Source: Candidatus Hydrogenedentota bacterium (GTDB lineage Bacteria > Hydrogenedentota > Hydrogenedentia > Hydrogenedentales > SLHB01). From it: 29,580 nucleotides of DNA. The position numbers and the translations under genes are program-made. The stretch lies in assembly GCA_045863335.1 (NCBI GenBank), contig BTVY01000063.1, forward strand, positions 1 to 29,580, in the 5' to 3' direction. The first letter of the stretch is position 1. Each line of letters opens with the position of its first letter. This document shows positions 7,991 through 17,157 of the stretch, in pieces. Below the pieces are notes generated by a model. That model saw only the letters and a list, made by a program, of their open reading frames with translations, ran no database searches and was not told the DNA's origin.

Positions 7991-8977
7991 ATGAGAAACA
8001 AACGAGGATTTACGCTGATCGAATTGCTGGTAGTCATAGCGATTATCGGCATCCTCGCGGCGATCTTGCTTCCGGCGTTGGCGCGGGCGCGCGAGGCGGC
8101 TCGGCGGGCAAGTTGCCAGAACAATCTGAAGCAAATGGGTCTCGTGTTCAAGATGTATGGAAACGAATCGCAGGGCGGGAAGTTTCCGCCGATCAATCTG
8201 TGGGTTGGTCAACGATTAGACTGCAACGGGACGCCGTATCCGTTTGGACCGCAAGGCGGACCCCTGGAACCGCTTTTTTCGGGTGGTCCTTATGTGCCGA
8301 CCCTGTACCCTGAGTACCTGACCGATTTCAAAGTGTTGGAGTGCCCGTCCGATCCGGGTGGGGAGCACGGTGGAATCGTTGAGAATGCAATTGACGAAGC
8401 CACGGGCAATGTCATTTTCCATTTCCCCTGCGCCGAGGGCTGGATGGGGCAGAACGCGGTGGACGAGTCTTACGCGTATTTGGGCTGGATGTTTGACATG
8501 AGTGATGCAGACGATCCTTCGGTGCCGGCGGCGGCGTTGAATCCGGTGATCACGGCGTTGGGCGGCGATCCGGTTACTGACCCGAGCCTTTTGGTTTCGC
8601 AGCAGTTGGCGGGTTGGCTGGCTCAGATGTTCTCCGAGTTGTCCGGCGGCAACTTCACCGTCCGTGAAGACGATCTTGAAGTTGGCGATTCGATTCCGGG
8701 TTCGGGCAATGCCGGCGGCGACGTGTTGAATCGTCTTCGGGAAGGAATCGAACGTTTCACGATTACGGACATCAACAATCCGGCGGGAAGTGCGACGGCT
8801 CAGAGTGAGTTGTTCATCATGTGGGACGTGTTGTCCACGAAGGTGAGCGATTACAACCACCTGCCGGGCGGTTCGAACGTCCTGTTCATGGATGGTCACG
8901 TGGAGTTCCAGCGCTATCCGAGCGAAAAAGCGCCAGCCACCGAGCTGATGGCGGTTGGTACGGGCACGTTGTTCTAG
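7991..8977 (+). CDS. Prepilin-type N-terminal cleavage/methylation protein, DUF1559 with C-terminal H-X9-DG motif (copy 1)
   Basis: Class III signal KRG|[44 protein letters not shown] and [16 protein letters not shown]. Purine-rich RBS AAGGGGAA upstream. Confidence 0.93.
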   Translation: MRNKRGFTLIELLVVIAIIGILAAILLPALARAREAARRASCQNNLKQMGLVFKMYGNESQGGKFPPINLWVGQRLDCNGTPYPFGPQGGPLEPLFSGGPYVPTLYPEYLTDFKVLECPSDPGGEHGGIVENAIDEATGNVIFHFPCAEGWMGQNAVDESYAYLGWMFDMSDADDPSVPAAALNPVITALGGDPVTDPSLLVSQQLAGWLAQMFSELSGGNFTVREDDLEVGDSIPGSGNAGGDVLNRLREGIERFTITDINNPAGSATAQSELFIMWDVLSTKVSDYNHLPGGSNVLFMDGHVEFQRYPSEKAPATELMAVGTGTLF

Positions 8978-8999
8978 ACGCTCGATTTCGTTTGACGCG

Positions 9000-9039
9000 A
9001 GGCGGGGCCAGCACCGACGAGGTGGGCCCCGCCTTTCTC
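9000..9039 (+). terminator. Intrinsic terminator of DUF1559 copy 1
   Basis: Stem AGGCGGGGCC (9000-9009) / GGCCCCGCCT (9025-9034) with inner CACC/GGTG pairing, followed by a short pyrimidine tail. Confidence 0.7.
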
Positions 9040-9096
9040 ATGTTTCGACCAGGTGGCGGAGTTGAGGGTGCTTGATGGTGAATCGCCGGAATTGAT

Positions 9097-10312
9097 CTCA
9101 GTGCTCCCCAGTTTCATGTTGGCAAAGCGCGAAGTGCTTTGAAGGCTTTGTTAATGGGTAGTCGATATAGTTGAAGGAAGTAGTTGCCAATTCGAGCGAG
9201 ATTCATAACTCGCTCGGTTCGGGTATTGGCTTTGAGTTGTTGGTCGATGCCGAAGGTTTCTGCGGCAGCACCGAACGCGCACAGTAGGATGTAGGCCAAG
9301 GCTACGATGCAAAGGTGCCGGTCATGTCTTTGGGGTTGAGACAGTCGCACATGGTCGAGACCTAACCCCCAATCGCGGTTCTTCAAGTCGCGAAACATCG
9401 CCTCAGTCCACATGCGTCGTTTATAGAGCCGGACGATTTCTGCGGGCGCTTCAACATCAAGATTGGTAACGAGATACCAAGCCTCGTCGGCCTCGCGCTC
9501 GAAGACGGTAACCAGTCGTACTGGCCCAAACTCCTGTTCATCCATGGTGCCCCAACCCCAGTCGCGGGGACGCCATCCACGCCGTATCCCCAGTTCCTTG
9601 AGAGTGCCCATGTGGTTCTCCACACTAACCTGATGAATATGGGACAATCGCTGTACGAAGTGCCATCCCCTCTTTTGGATATCCCTGAGCCATCGCGGAT
9701 GGCCAAAGCCTCGGTCGGCGATGATAATGGGAGTTACTCCAGCCGGACACATGCGGAAAAGGCACTTGAGGGCACGCCTTTCGGCCGCGATCATGGCCCC
9801 CTTATTTTCCTCTTCTTTCGTGCTTTTTCGGATGGTGATCCACAAGAAGGGCAAGGCTCGTCCATCTCGAGGCAACGAAAACACCAATTGTTGAAACGGC
9901 TCAATGTCCGTCCAATCCGCCAAGATGATTGTGCGCCCCGTCCGAGGACGTAGAAATCGGAACAAGGCAGCCGAAACCGCTTCGACCTCGACCTCGCCGT
10001 TGCGCAAAAAGCGCCAGACCCTTTTAATACAGTGTTTTGCCGCCACTTCGCCCGACATGGACCGACCCAACGCCAGCACTCCCACGCCGCGCATCATCAG
10101 TGCAGCACTCACAATCGCCGCCAACGTCTTGGCCCGCGACAACCGCATCCCCTCGACATTCGCCGTGAGCCATGCCAAAATCTTACTCGGGTCGTACATG
10201 CCAAAATCCTCCCGGTGGACCTACGGTTTGCCAACTTGAGGCCATTTTAGAGGGAGGGACCGCATGTACGCCCTTTTTTTATGCACCGATTCAGAAACTG
10301 GGGATCACTGAG
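9097..10312 (-). mobile_element. Complete IS4-family insertion sequence, 1216 bp
   Basis: Terminal IRs CTCAGTGCTCCCCAGTTT (9097-9114) and AAACTGGGGATCACTGAG (10295-10312) match at 17/18. A 9-bp direct repeat GGAATTGAT flanks it (9088-9096 and 10313-10321). Confidence 0.95.
9114..10199 (-). CDS. IS4-family DDE transposase
   Basis: Motifs ILADWT, IIADRGF, WYLVTN and the YREK signature YKRRMWTEAMFRDLK. GGAGG RBS upstream; stop codon overlaps the IR. Confidence 0.95.
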   Translation of the reverse strand: MYDPSKILAWLTANVEGMRLSRAKTLAAIVSAALMMRGVGVLALGRSMSGEVAAKHCIKRVWRFLRNGEVEVEAVSAALFRFLRPRTGRTIILADWTDIEPFQQLVFSLPRDGRALPFLWITIRKSTKEEENKGAMIAAERRALKCLFRMCPAGVTPIIIADRGFGHPRWLRDIQKRGWHFVQRLSHIHQVSVENHMGTLKELGIRRGWRPRDWGWGTMDEQEFGPVRLVTVFEREADEAWYLVTNLDVEAPAEIVRLYKRRMWTEAMFRDLKNRDWGLGLDHVRLSQPQRHDRHLCIVALAYILLCAFGAAAETFGIDQQLKANTRTERVMNLARIGNYFLQLYRLPINKAFKALRALPT

Positions 10313-10480
10313 GGAATTGATGGGGTAATTTGCGGAAGGCAGGTAATTGCAGTAAATTCTGAACTCATTTAGGATAACTTCCAGGTACCAGAGGGAAGAT
10401 CCTTCTCGATTCTCCTACAGAGGGGGACTTTGGGCACCGCCCAACATTGTATTTTTAGTTTTAACATTGGGAACACTATT

Positions 10481-11449
10481 GTGCGAAAACGTATTGCGGT
10501 CCTGGCAACCGTGGTGGTTTTGTTGGTTGCCGGGAGTTTTATCTTCAAGAAGTCGCTGGATGCCGGCTTTTACGATGGGTACGAGGCGGAGGCGCCTCTG
10601 AACGTTCGTATCCGATCCGTGGAGGAGAAGGACGCGTACGAGCTTTATGATCTGGTGTTTGATGGTGTCGCCGGCATGCCGGTCCCCACGTTGCTTGCGT
10701 TCCCCCCGCAGGGCTCAGGCCCGTTTCCCTGTATTATTTTTCTCCATGGCATCGGTCAGAGCAAGGGATTCATGGAGGAGATCGCGGCGCCATACACGTC
10801 GGCCGGTTTCGCGTTTGTGTCTTTCGACCAATACGCGCGAGGCGAACGTAAGCTGGAGCAGAGCAATGTGTTGACGGATGCTTTGGGGTTGCGCCGCCGT
10901 TGTGCGCTGAATGTGATTGAGACTCGGCGGCTGGTGGACTATCTCGTCTCGCGGCCCGATATCGCTCCCGGGCGGATCTATTTGATCGGCGCGAGTTTTG
11001 GCGCCATCACCGGCGCAACGGCGGTGGCTTTCGAGCCGCGGATCCAGGCCGCCGTGATGACGTACGGGGGCGGTGACTTCGACAAGTTGCTTTCCAGCGA
11101 GGCGGCGCAGTCTGAGCTGGGCATTTTTCACTGGCCGGTGAAAACCTTGGTTGCCTCCTTGACCGCGCCGGCGGACCCCGTACGATATGTGGGGCGGGTG
11201 GCTCCACGTCCTCTGCTATTCCAGAATGGCACGCACGACGCACTCATCCCCTTGGAGGCCGCGGACGCGTTGTATGCGGCGGCGAAGGATCCGAAAACGC
11301 GAACGCTGTATGAGTCCGACCATGTGGGATTGGATGAAGCGACAACGCGAGCAGTTCTTCAGGAGTGCCTAACGTGGCTGGAGTCTGTAGACCGGGAGAA
11401 GCGCGCCGTGGAAACGAGTGTGGCGGAGAATCCTGAGTCGGGGGCTTGA
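10481..11449 (+). CDS. Exported or membrane-anchored alpha/beta-fold serine hydrolase (esterase/acetylesterase-like)
   Basis: N-terminal MRKRIAVLATVVVLLVAG, FLHGIG, nucleophile elbow GASFG, acid motif GTHD and His in SDHVG. GTG start at 10481 chosen. Confidence 0.85.
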   Translation: MRKRIAVLATVVVLLVAGSFIFKKSLDAGFYDGYEAEAPLNVRIRSVEEKDAYELYDLVFDGVAGMPVPTLLAFPPQGSGPFPCIIFLHGIGQSKGFMEEIAAPYTSAGFAFVSFDQYARGERKLEQSNVLTDALGLRRRCALNVIETRRLVDYLVSRPDIAPGRIYLIGASFGAITGATAVAFEPRIQAAVMTYGGGDFDKLLSSEAAQSELGIFHWPVKTLVASLTAPADPVRYVGRVAPRPLLFQNGTHDALIPLEAADALYAAAKDPKTRTLYESDHVGLDEATTRAVLQECLTWLESVDREKRAVETSVAENPESGA

Positions 11450-12148
11450 ATCACCTCGAGTGGCCAATCAGCATGCCATCGGCTGAACGTCCACGGTACA
11501 CCGGCATCAAGCGTAGAGTTCCCGGCATTTCGCGGCGATTCTCGGCATGGTCTGTCCAATCCATCCGAACGTGGAGGCACCTAATAGACGGTACGGATTC
11601 TCGGACAACTCACGGAACGCGCGTTGATCCGATAGCCGTAACCGTGGTTGGAGCAACAATTCTCACCAATCGTGAACGCGGGGAATCTGCCAATCCTACG
11701 TTCGACTTCGCTCCACGTTGGGCTCCAATCTCTCGCCCCGGGTGGAAGCGGGCGCGACGTACCCAGTAGGTGAAGTCGAATCGTTCGACGACGCCCTGAC
11801 TGAGTTTGGACATTGAGTTCCCGGGGTCTGCTTGGTTTCCTTTCGGCAGGATATCCGAGAATCACTATCGGCAATTTGGCCTGCGCGTAGCGGAACTCCC
11901 CAACTGGTTAATTGCGCGCATGGGGGTATTTCTCCTGTGAGGACACGTGTCATTTTGGGGTGCATTTCTCAAGGCGTCCCGCTGCACGACGCATCCGGGT
12001 GTACTCAATTCCGTCAAAAGCAGGGCGAAGCTACCCTGCTAAGTGGTTTTATATATGCTGTCTTACCACGTCGGCCACAGTGCAGCGCTCACTGGACCGG
12101 CGGTGGCACAGAGCTTTCAAGGAAGTATGTCTATTTTGTGGATTCGCC

Positions 12149-12177
12149 TTGACAGGACAACACGACTATGTTACGTT
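12149..12177 (+). promoter_or_regulatory. Sigma70-type promoter facing DUF1559 gene copy 2
   Basis: TTGACA (12149-12154), 17-bp spacer, TACGTT (12172-12177), with an extended -10 TG at 12169-12170. Confidence 0.65.
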
Positions 12178-12306
12178 TAAACAGGCATTTAGCTTGCAAC
12201 GAACTGGGCGATTCTTGAGTGGGTGATCCGCAGTGGGTGTTCGCGGTGCGCGAGCAGTGCGGTTCGGTTTCGGAGTCATATTTCAACAGGATAAGGTGAC
12301 AGAAAC

Positions 12307-13293
12307 ATGAAGGCGAAAAGGGGATTCACGTTGATTGAATTGCTGGTAGTCATCGCGATTATCGGCATCCTCGCGGCGATCTTGCTTCCGGCGTTGGCGC
12401 GGGCGCGCGAGGCGGCTCGGCGGGCAAGTTGCCAGAACAATCTGAAGCAAATGGGTCTCGTGTTCAAGATGTATGGAAATGAGTCGGAGGGTGGGAAGTT
12501 TCCTCCGGTGAATCTGTGGGTTGGGCAGGCGCTGGACTGTAATGGAACGGCGTATCCGTTCGGCCCTCAGGGCGGGCCTTTGGATCCGTTGTTCTCGGGT
12601 GGCCCCTATGTGCCAACGCTTTACCCGGAATATCTGACGGATTTCAATATCATGCAGTGCCCGTCGGATTCGGGCGGTGAGCATGGCGGAATCGTGGAGA
12701 ATGCCGTTGATCAGGACACGGGCAATGTCATTTTCCATCTCCCCTGTGCCGAGGGTTGGATGGGTCAGAACTCGGTAGACGAGTCTTACGCGTATTTGGG
12801 CTGGATGTTTGACCTTAGCGACGCGGACGATCCGGCAGTACCGGCATTGGTGCTGAATCCGGTCATCACGGCGTTGGGTGGCGATCCGGTTGCCGATCCG
12901 AGCATTTTGGTGTCTCAGCAGTTGGCGGGTTGGCTGGCCCAGTTGTTCACCGAATTGTCGGGTGGCAACTTCACGGTCCGTGAAGACGATCTTGAAGTTG
13001 GCGATTCGATTCCCAATTCGGGCAATGCCGGCGGCGACGTGCTGAATCGTCTTCGGGAAGGTATTGAACGGTTCACGATTACGGACATCAACAATCCGGC
13101 GGGAAGCGCCACGGCGCAGAGCCAGTTGTTTATCATGTGGGACGTATTGTCCACAAAGGTAAGCGATTACAACCACCTGCCGGGTGGCTCGAACGTTTTG
13201 TTCATGGACGGTCACGTGGAGTTCCAGCGGTACCCGAATGACAAGGCGCCGACGACGCAGTTGATGGCGGTTGGAACAGGCACACTGTTCTAG
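12307..13293 (+). CDS. Prepilin-type DUF1559 / H-X9-DG protein (copy 2, paralog of 7991-8977)
   Basis: Same motifs and same length (328 aa) as copy 1; about 31 substitutions by manual alignment, no indels. RBS TAAGGTGA. Confidence 0.93.
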   Translation: MKAKRGFTLIELLVVIAIIGILAAILLPALARAREAARRASCQNNLKQMGLVFKMYGNESEGGKFPPVNLWVGQALDCNGTAYPFGPQGGPLDPLFSGGPYVPTLYPEYLTDFNIMQCPSDSGGEHGGIVENAVDQDTGNVIFHLPCAEGWMGQNSVDESYAYLGWMFDLSDADDPAVPALVLNPVITALGGDPVADPSILVSQQLAGWLAQLFTELSGGNFTVREDDLEVGDSIPNSGNAGGDVLNRLREGIERFTITDINNPAGSATAQSQLFIMWDVLSTKVSDYNHLPGGSNVLFMDGHVEFQRYPNDKAPTTQLMAVGTGTLF

Positions 13294-13315
13294 ACGAATA
13301 AATCTGTTTGGTATT

Positions 13316-13353
13316 AGGCGGGGCCAGCGTTGTAGGCTGGCCCCGCCTTTCTT
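13316..13353 (+). terminator. Intrinsic terminator of DUF1559 copy 2
   Basis: 13-bp stem AGGCGGGGCCAGC (13316-13328) / GCTGGCCCCGCCT (13336-13348), then TTCTT. Confidence 0.75.
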
Positions 13354-13503
13354 GTGTCTGGCGATGGAGCTGGAATTCGGCGGCCGCGGGGCCTGGTCGT
13401 CAGGGCAACTCAGGATGGCGGGTTCGTCAGGGTCAGTTCACAATTCCGAGACAACGTCTCCCAAATCGCGAGGGAGGAACATTCAACGCGAATGGTATCA
13501 AAC

Positions 13504-15912
13504 CTACTCGCAGTTGCCATCGGGTCTGGCTTGTTCGTCGAGGGCGGCTCGGATGTTTTGTGCGAGGGATCGGGGTGTGAAGGGTTTCTGGACGTAGTGG
13601 GCGTTTGACTGGAGTAGGCCGTGGCGGACGATGGTGTCGTCGGTATATCCGGACATATAGACGACGCACGTGTCCGGGCGAATGGCACGGATGCGTTCGA
13701 CGAGCTGGGGCCCGCCCATTTGGGGCATGACGACGTCGGTGACCAGGACATGGATGGGACCCACGTAGTCGCCGGCAATGCCGAGCGCGGCTTCCCCGCT
13801 GGACGCTTCGAGGACGGTGTACCCGCACATTTTGAGTACGCGGGTGGTCAGAAGCCGCACGGAATCGTCGTCTTCGACGACGAGGATGGTTTCGTTTCCT
13901 TCGGGGAGCTTGAGCCGCGCGGCACGTTCGCCGGCGGATTCGACATCGCTCCCGTTCCGCGGGAGATAGACTTTGAATGTGGTTCCGACGCCGACTTCGC
14001 TGTAGACGCTGATGTGGCCGCCCCATTGCTTGACGATACCGAACACGGTGGCGAGGCCGAGGCCGGTTCCTTTGCCGACCTCCTTGGTGGTGAAGTAGGG
14101 TTCAAATACGCGGCTCAAGACTTCGGGGGGCATGCCGGTTCCGGTATCGGAGACGGCAACGAGCGCGTATTCGCCGGTCGCCACTTCGGGCCTGGAGTGG
14201 GTGTATTCGCGATCGAGGGAGACGTTGGCAGTTTCGATCGTCAGTTTTCCTCCCACGGCCATGGCGTCACGGGCGTTCAAAACGAGGTTAAGCACGACCT
14301 GTTCGATTTGGCCGATGTCGGCGTCGACGGTATAGAGATTGGGATGCAGCGTGGTTGAGAGTTCGACGTCTTCGCCAATGAGGCGAAGCAGCATCTTTTC
14401 GAGGTCCTGGATGATGGTGTTCAGATCAATCGTGGCCGATTCGACGGCCTGTTTGCGACTGAAGGCGAGGAGCTGCCGGGTCAGGGATGCGGCACGCACG
14501 CCGGCCTGCTCGATTTCGCGGATGAGACTCTCGTCGTCGCTGGACAGACTATCCGATTCCAGGAGCATGTCGCTGCACCCGGCGATGATGGTGAGGAGAT
14601 TGTTGAAGTCGTGAGCGACGCCCGCGGCGAGCTGTCCCAGGGCTTCGGCTTTCTGACTCTGGCGCAACTGCTCTTCCAGGTGCTTCCGCTCCACGCCTAC
14701 CGCGATGGTGTAGCTGACGGAGGCGAGGGCGTCGAGGGTGGTGTCGGACAAGGCGCGGCGGGAGAACAGGCCGACGACGCCCAGCAGGCGGCCGTCTATG
14801 ACGAGGGGATAGCCTGCAAAGGCGACAAGACCTTCCCGTTGGGCCCACCCGGGGTCGCTGATGCGCGGGTCGTTCAGCACGTCGTTGGTCAGGTGGGGCC
14901 GGAGTTCGGAAGCGATTTGACCGATCTTGAATTCACCGACTTTGATCTTGCTGTGGCCGCCGTCGAGATGGGTGTACATGCCCGCACTCGCCTCGAGAAT
15001 GAGGAATTCGGAACTGGAATCGGCGACCCAGATTCGGGCGAAGGCGGCGTGCAGATGCCGGACCATGGATTCCGCGCACAACTGCAACATGCCGCGCATC
15101 GTCAACGATTGGGAGACGGCCAGGGAGACATCGGCACCGAGGGCGACGAGGGCGCCATGGCGCGCGCCAGAGGCATCCCGGAAGACGGAGACCGTGCCGC
15201 GGGGTTGGTCGCGGGGGTCGCGCAGGACGGTCGTTGTGTTGTGGACGGGGACGGGGACGTCCCCGCGATCCAGGAGGAGGGCTTCTTCGGGGAAGGAAAT
15301 CAAGGGACCCTCCATCGCCTCTTGCGCGACGAGAGGTTCCCCGCTCTTCCGGTCGATCAAGCGGAAGACCTCATCGATGGGCCGGCCGATCGCCTCCTCC
15401 CGGGACCAGGCGGTGATGGCTTCGGCGCCTTGATTGAAGAAGGTGATTCGTCCGTCGAGGTCGGACGCGATGATTGCGTGCGTGAGATCGTCGACGGACT
15501 CGGTAAGCCAACGTTCGATCTTGCGAAGGCGCCGTTCCGTTTTGTGTTTGTACAGGGCCATCTCGATGTTGGCTTTTAGTTCGCGTTCCGAGAAGGGTTT
15601 TACGAGGTAGGCGAATGGTTGGGTCTCCCGGGCGCGTTCCAGGGTTTCGTCGTCCGTGTAGGCGGTGACGTAGATCACGGGGACTGCGAGCTGTTCGCGA
15701 ATCTGTTCGGCGGCGTCGATGCCGTCCGTTTCGCCTTTGATCACGATATCCATGAGCACGAGGTCGGGGTTGCAGTCGGAGGCGAGGCGTATGGCCTCCT
15801 CGCCGGAGGAGGCAATTCCCGCGACGGTGTATCCCATCCCTTCGAGGCGGACCTCGAGTTCCCGTGCGATGATGATCTCGTCTTCGACGATAAGGATTCT
15901 GGACAGAAACAT
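13504..15912 (-). CDS. Hybrid sensor histidine kinase (REC-PAS-GAF-HisKA-HATPase-REC)
   Basis: N-terminal REC (ILIVEDE, VLMDI, LVKPF), PAS (FFNQGAEAITAW), GAF (AFAGYPL), H-box VAHDFNNLL, N-box NARDA, G-boxes DTGTG and KGTGLGL, C-terminal REC (LVTDVVMP, QKPF). Confidence 0.93.
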   Translation of the reverse strand: MFLSRILIVEDEIIIARELEVRLEGMGYTVAGIASSGEEAIRLASDCNPDLVLMDIVIKGETDGIDAAEQIREQLAVPVIYVTAYTDDETLERARETQPFAYLVKPFSERELKANIEMALYKHKTERRLRKIERWLTESVDDLTHAIIASDLDGRITFFNQGAEAITAWSREEAIGRPIDEVFRLIDRKSGEPLVAQEAMEGPLISFPEEALLLDRGDVPVPVHNTTTVLRDPRDQPRGTVSVFRDASGARHGALVALGADVSLAVSQSLTMRGMLQLCAESMVRHLHAAFARIWVADSSSEFLILEASAGMYTHLDGGHSKIKVGEFKIGQIASELRPHLTNDVLNDPRISDPGWAQREGLVAFAGYPLVIDGRLLGVVGLFSRRALSDTTLDALASVSYTIAVGVERKHLEEQLRQSQKAEALGQLAAGVAHDFNNLLTIIAGCSDMLLESDSLSSDDESLIREIEQAGVRAASLTRQLLAFSRKQAVESATIDLNTIIQDLEKMLLRLIGEDVELSTTLHPNLYTVDADIGQIEQVVLNLVLNARDAMAVGGKLTIETANVSLDREYTHSRPEVATGEYALVAVSDTGTGMPPEVLSRVFEPYFTTKEVGKGTGLGLATVFGIVKQWGGHISVYSEVGVGTTFKVYLPRNGSDVESAGERAARLKLPEGNETILVVEDDDSVRLLTTRVLKMCGYTVLEASSGEAALGIAGDYVGPIHVLVTDVVMPQMGGPQLVERIRAIRPDTCVVYMSGYTDDTIVRHGLLQSNAHYVQKPFTPRSLAQNIRAALDEQARPDGNCE

Positions 15913-15915
15913 GGT

Positions 15916-17043
15916 TCAGGCCCGCTCCTTGTACTGTACTTCCCGGAAGGTAATATGGAACGCCGTGCCGCCGTTGGCGGTATCGACGCGTATCGTCCCG
16001 TCCAATTGCCGGGTCAGGTCGTTGACAAGTTTCAAGCCGAGGGAGGCGCTGGCGCGCCAGTCGAAACCTTCGGGCAGGCCGACGCCATTGTCTTTCACGA
16101 GCAGGTTAAACCGGCGATCACCGGCGGGTTCCAATTCGACCATCACGTTCCCAGAACGCCCGTTGGGGAAGGCGTGCTTGAGCACGTTGGACACGAGTTC
16201 GTTGATGATGAGGCCGCAGGGAATCGCGGTGTCGATTTCGAGAGAAACGTTCTCGACGCGTACGGTGGCGGAGATTCCGCGCTGGTCCATGCCGTAGGAA
16301 CGGAACAGGTCTGTGACGAGGTCGCGCACGTAGCCGGCGAAGTCGAGGCGCACCAACTCGGCTGAGCGATAGAGTTTCTCGTGGATGAGCGCGATGGACT
16401 TGACGCGGCTCTGGCTCTCTTTGAGGATCTCGAGCACTTTGGGATCGGGCGTATGAACGGTCTGTAGAAACAGGAGCGAGGAGATGACTTGGAGGTTGTT
16501 CTTTACGCGATGGTGCACCTCCTTCAGGTAGGTCTCGCGCACGTGAAGCGCTTCCACTTCCATTCGTTTGCGCTCGGTGACATCACGGACCACTCCGAGG
16601 ATAAGTCTGCCTCGTTCGGTCTCGATGGGGCTCAGCATGATGTCGACGGGGAACTCGGTGCCGTCTTTCCGCTTGCCGAAGAGATCTATTCCGGCACCCA
16701 TGGGCCGGGTGCGCGGGGAGGCGTGGTAACCGGACCGGTGTTTGACATGGCGAGCGGCCAAACGCTGGGGAACGAGGACTTCGACCAGATTCCCGACGAG
16801 TTCGCTCGGCGCATAGCCAAACATGCGAAAGGCCTGGGCATTGGCCATGGCAATGCGCCCGCCTCCATCCACGAGTAGGATGGCATCCGGGGCGAACTCG
16901 AAGATCCCATGGAGAATCTCGGGGCTATGGGAGATCTCGGTCTGCTCGCCCGTGTTTTGAACGCGCCCGTCGCTGTGCACCTGGAAGAATCCTGGGACGC
17001 CGGCCCACCCCAAGCCAGCTCCATTTCGACACCTTGCATGCAA
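15916..17043 (-). CDS. PAS-domain sensor histidine kinase (HisKA_2 type)
   Basis: PAS (FEFAPDAILLVD, KRKDGTEFP), H-box KEVHHRVKNNLQVISSLL, NELVSNVLKHAF, DNGVG, SLGLKLV. The true start may be downstream, e.g. GTG at 16980. Confidence 0.9.
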   Translation of the reverse strand: MHARCRNGAGLGWAGVPGFFQVHSDGRVQNTGEQTEISHSPEILHGIFEFAPDAILLVDGGGRIAMANAQAFRMFGYAPSELVGNLVEVLVPQRLAARHVKHRSGYHASPRTRPMGAGIDLFGKRKDGTEFPVDIMLSPIETERGRLILGVVRDVTERKRMEVEALHVRETYLKEVHHRVKNNLQVISSLLFLQTVHTPDPKVLEILKESQSRVKSIALIHEKLYRSAELVRLDFAGYVRDLVTDLFRSYGMDQRGISATVRVENVSLEIDTAIPCGLIINELVSNVLKHAFPNGRSGNVMVELEPAGDRRFNLLVKDNGVGLPEGFDWRASASLGLKLVNDLTRQLDGTIRVDTANGGTAFHITFREVQYKERA

Positions 17044-17157
17044 AGACCAGCCTTGGGGTTATCATACATCTGAAATGCATATTTGTCTAGACCAGAAAAC
17101 AGCGGTATTGACGGGAGTTTTTCGAGTTTCATGCGTGGGTATGCCTGGGACGCGAGA

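Noticed and set aside
11581-11874. 97-aa ORF beginning PIVILGYPAE, reminiscent of a nitroreductase C-terminus
   Set aside because: The match is too short and the rest of the ORF shows no similarity, so a pseudogene call is unsupported.
7991-13293. Paralog pair as diversity-generating retroelement template/variable repeats, shufflon or composite transposon
   Set aside because: No reverse transcriptase or recombinase is present, differences are not adenine-specific, both copies are full genes in direct orientation, and the single IS has its own target duplication.
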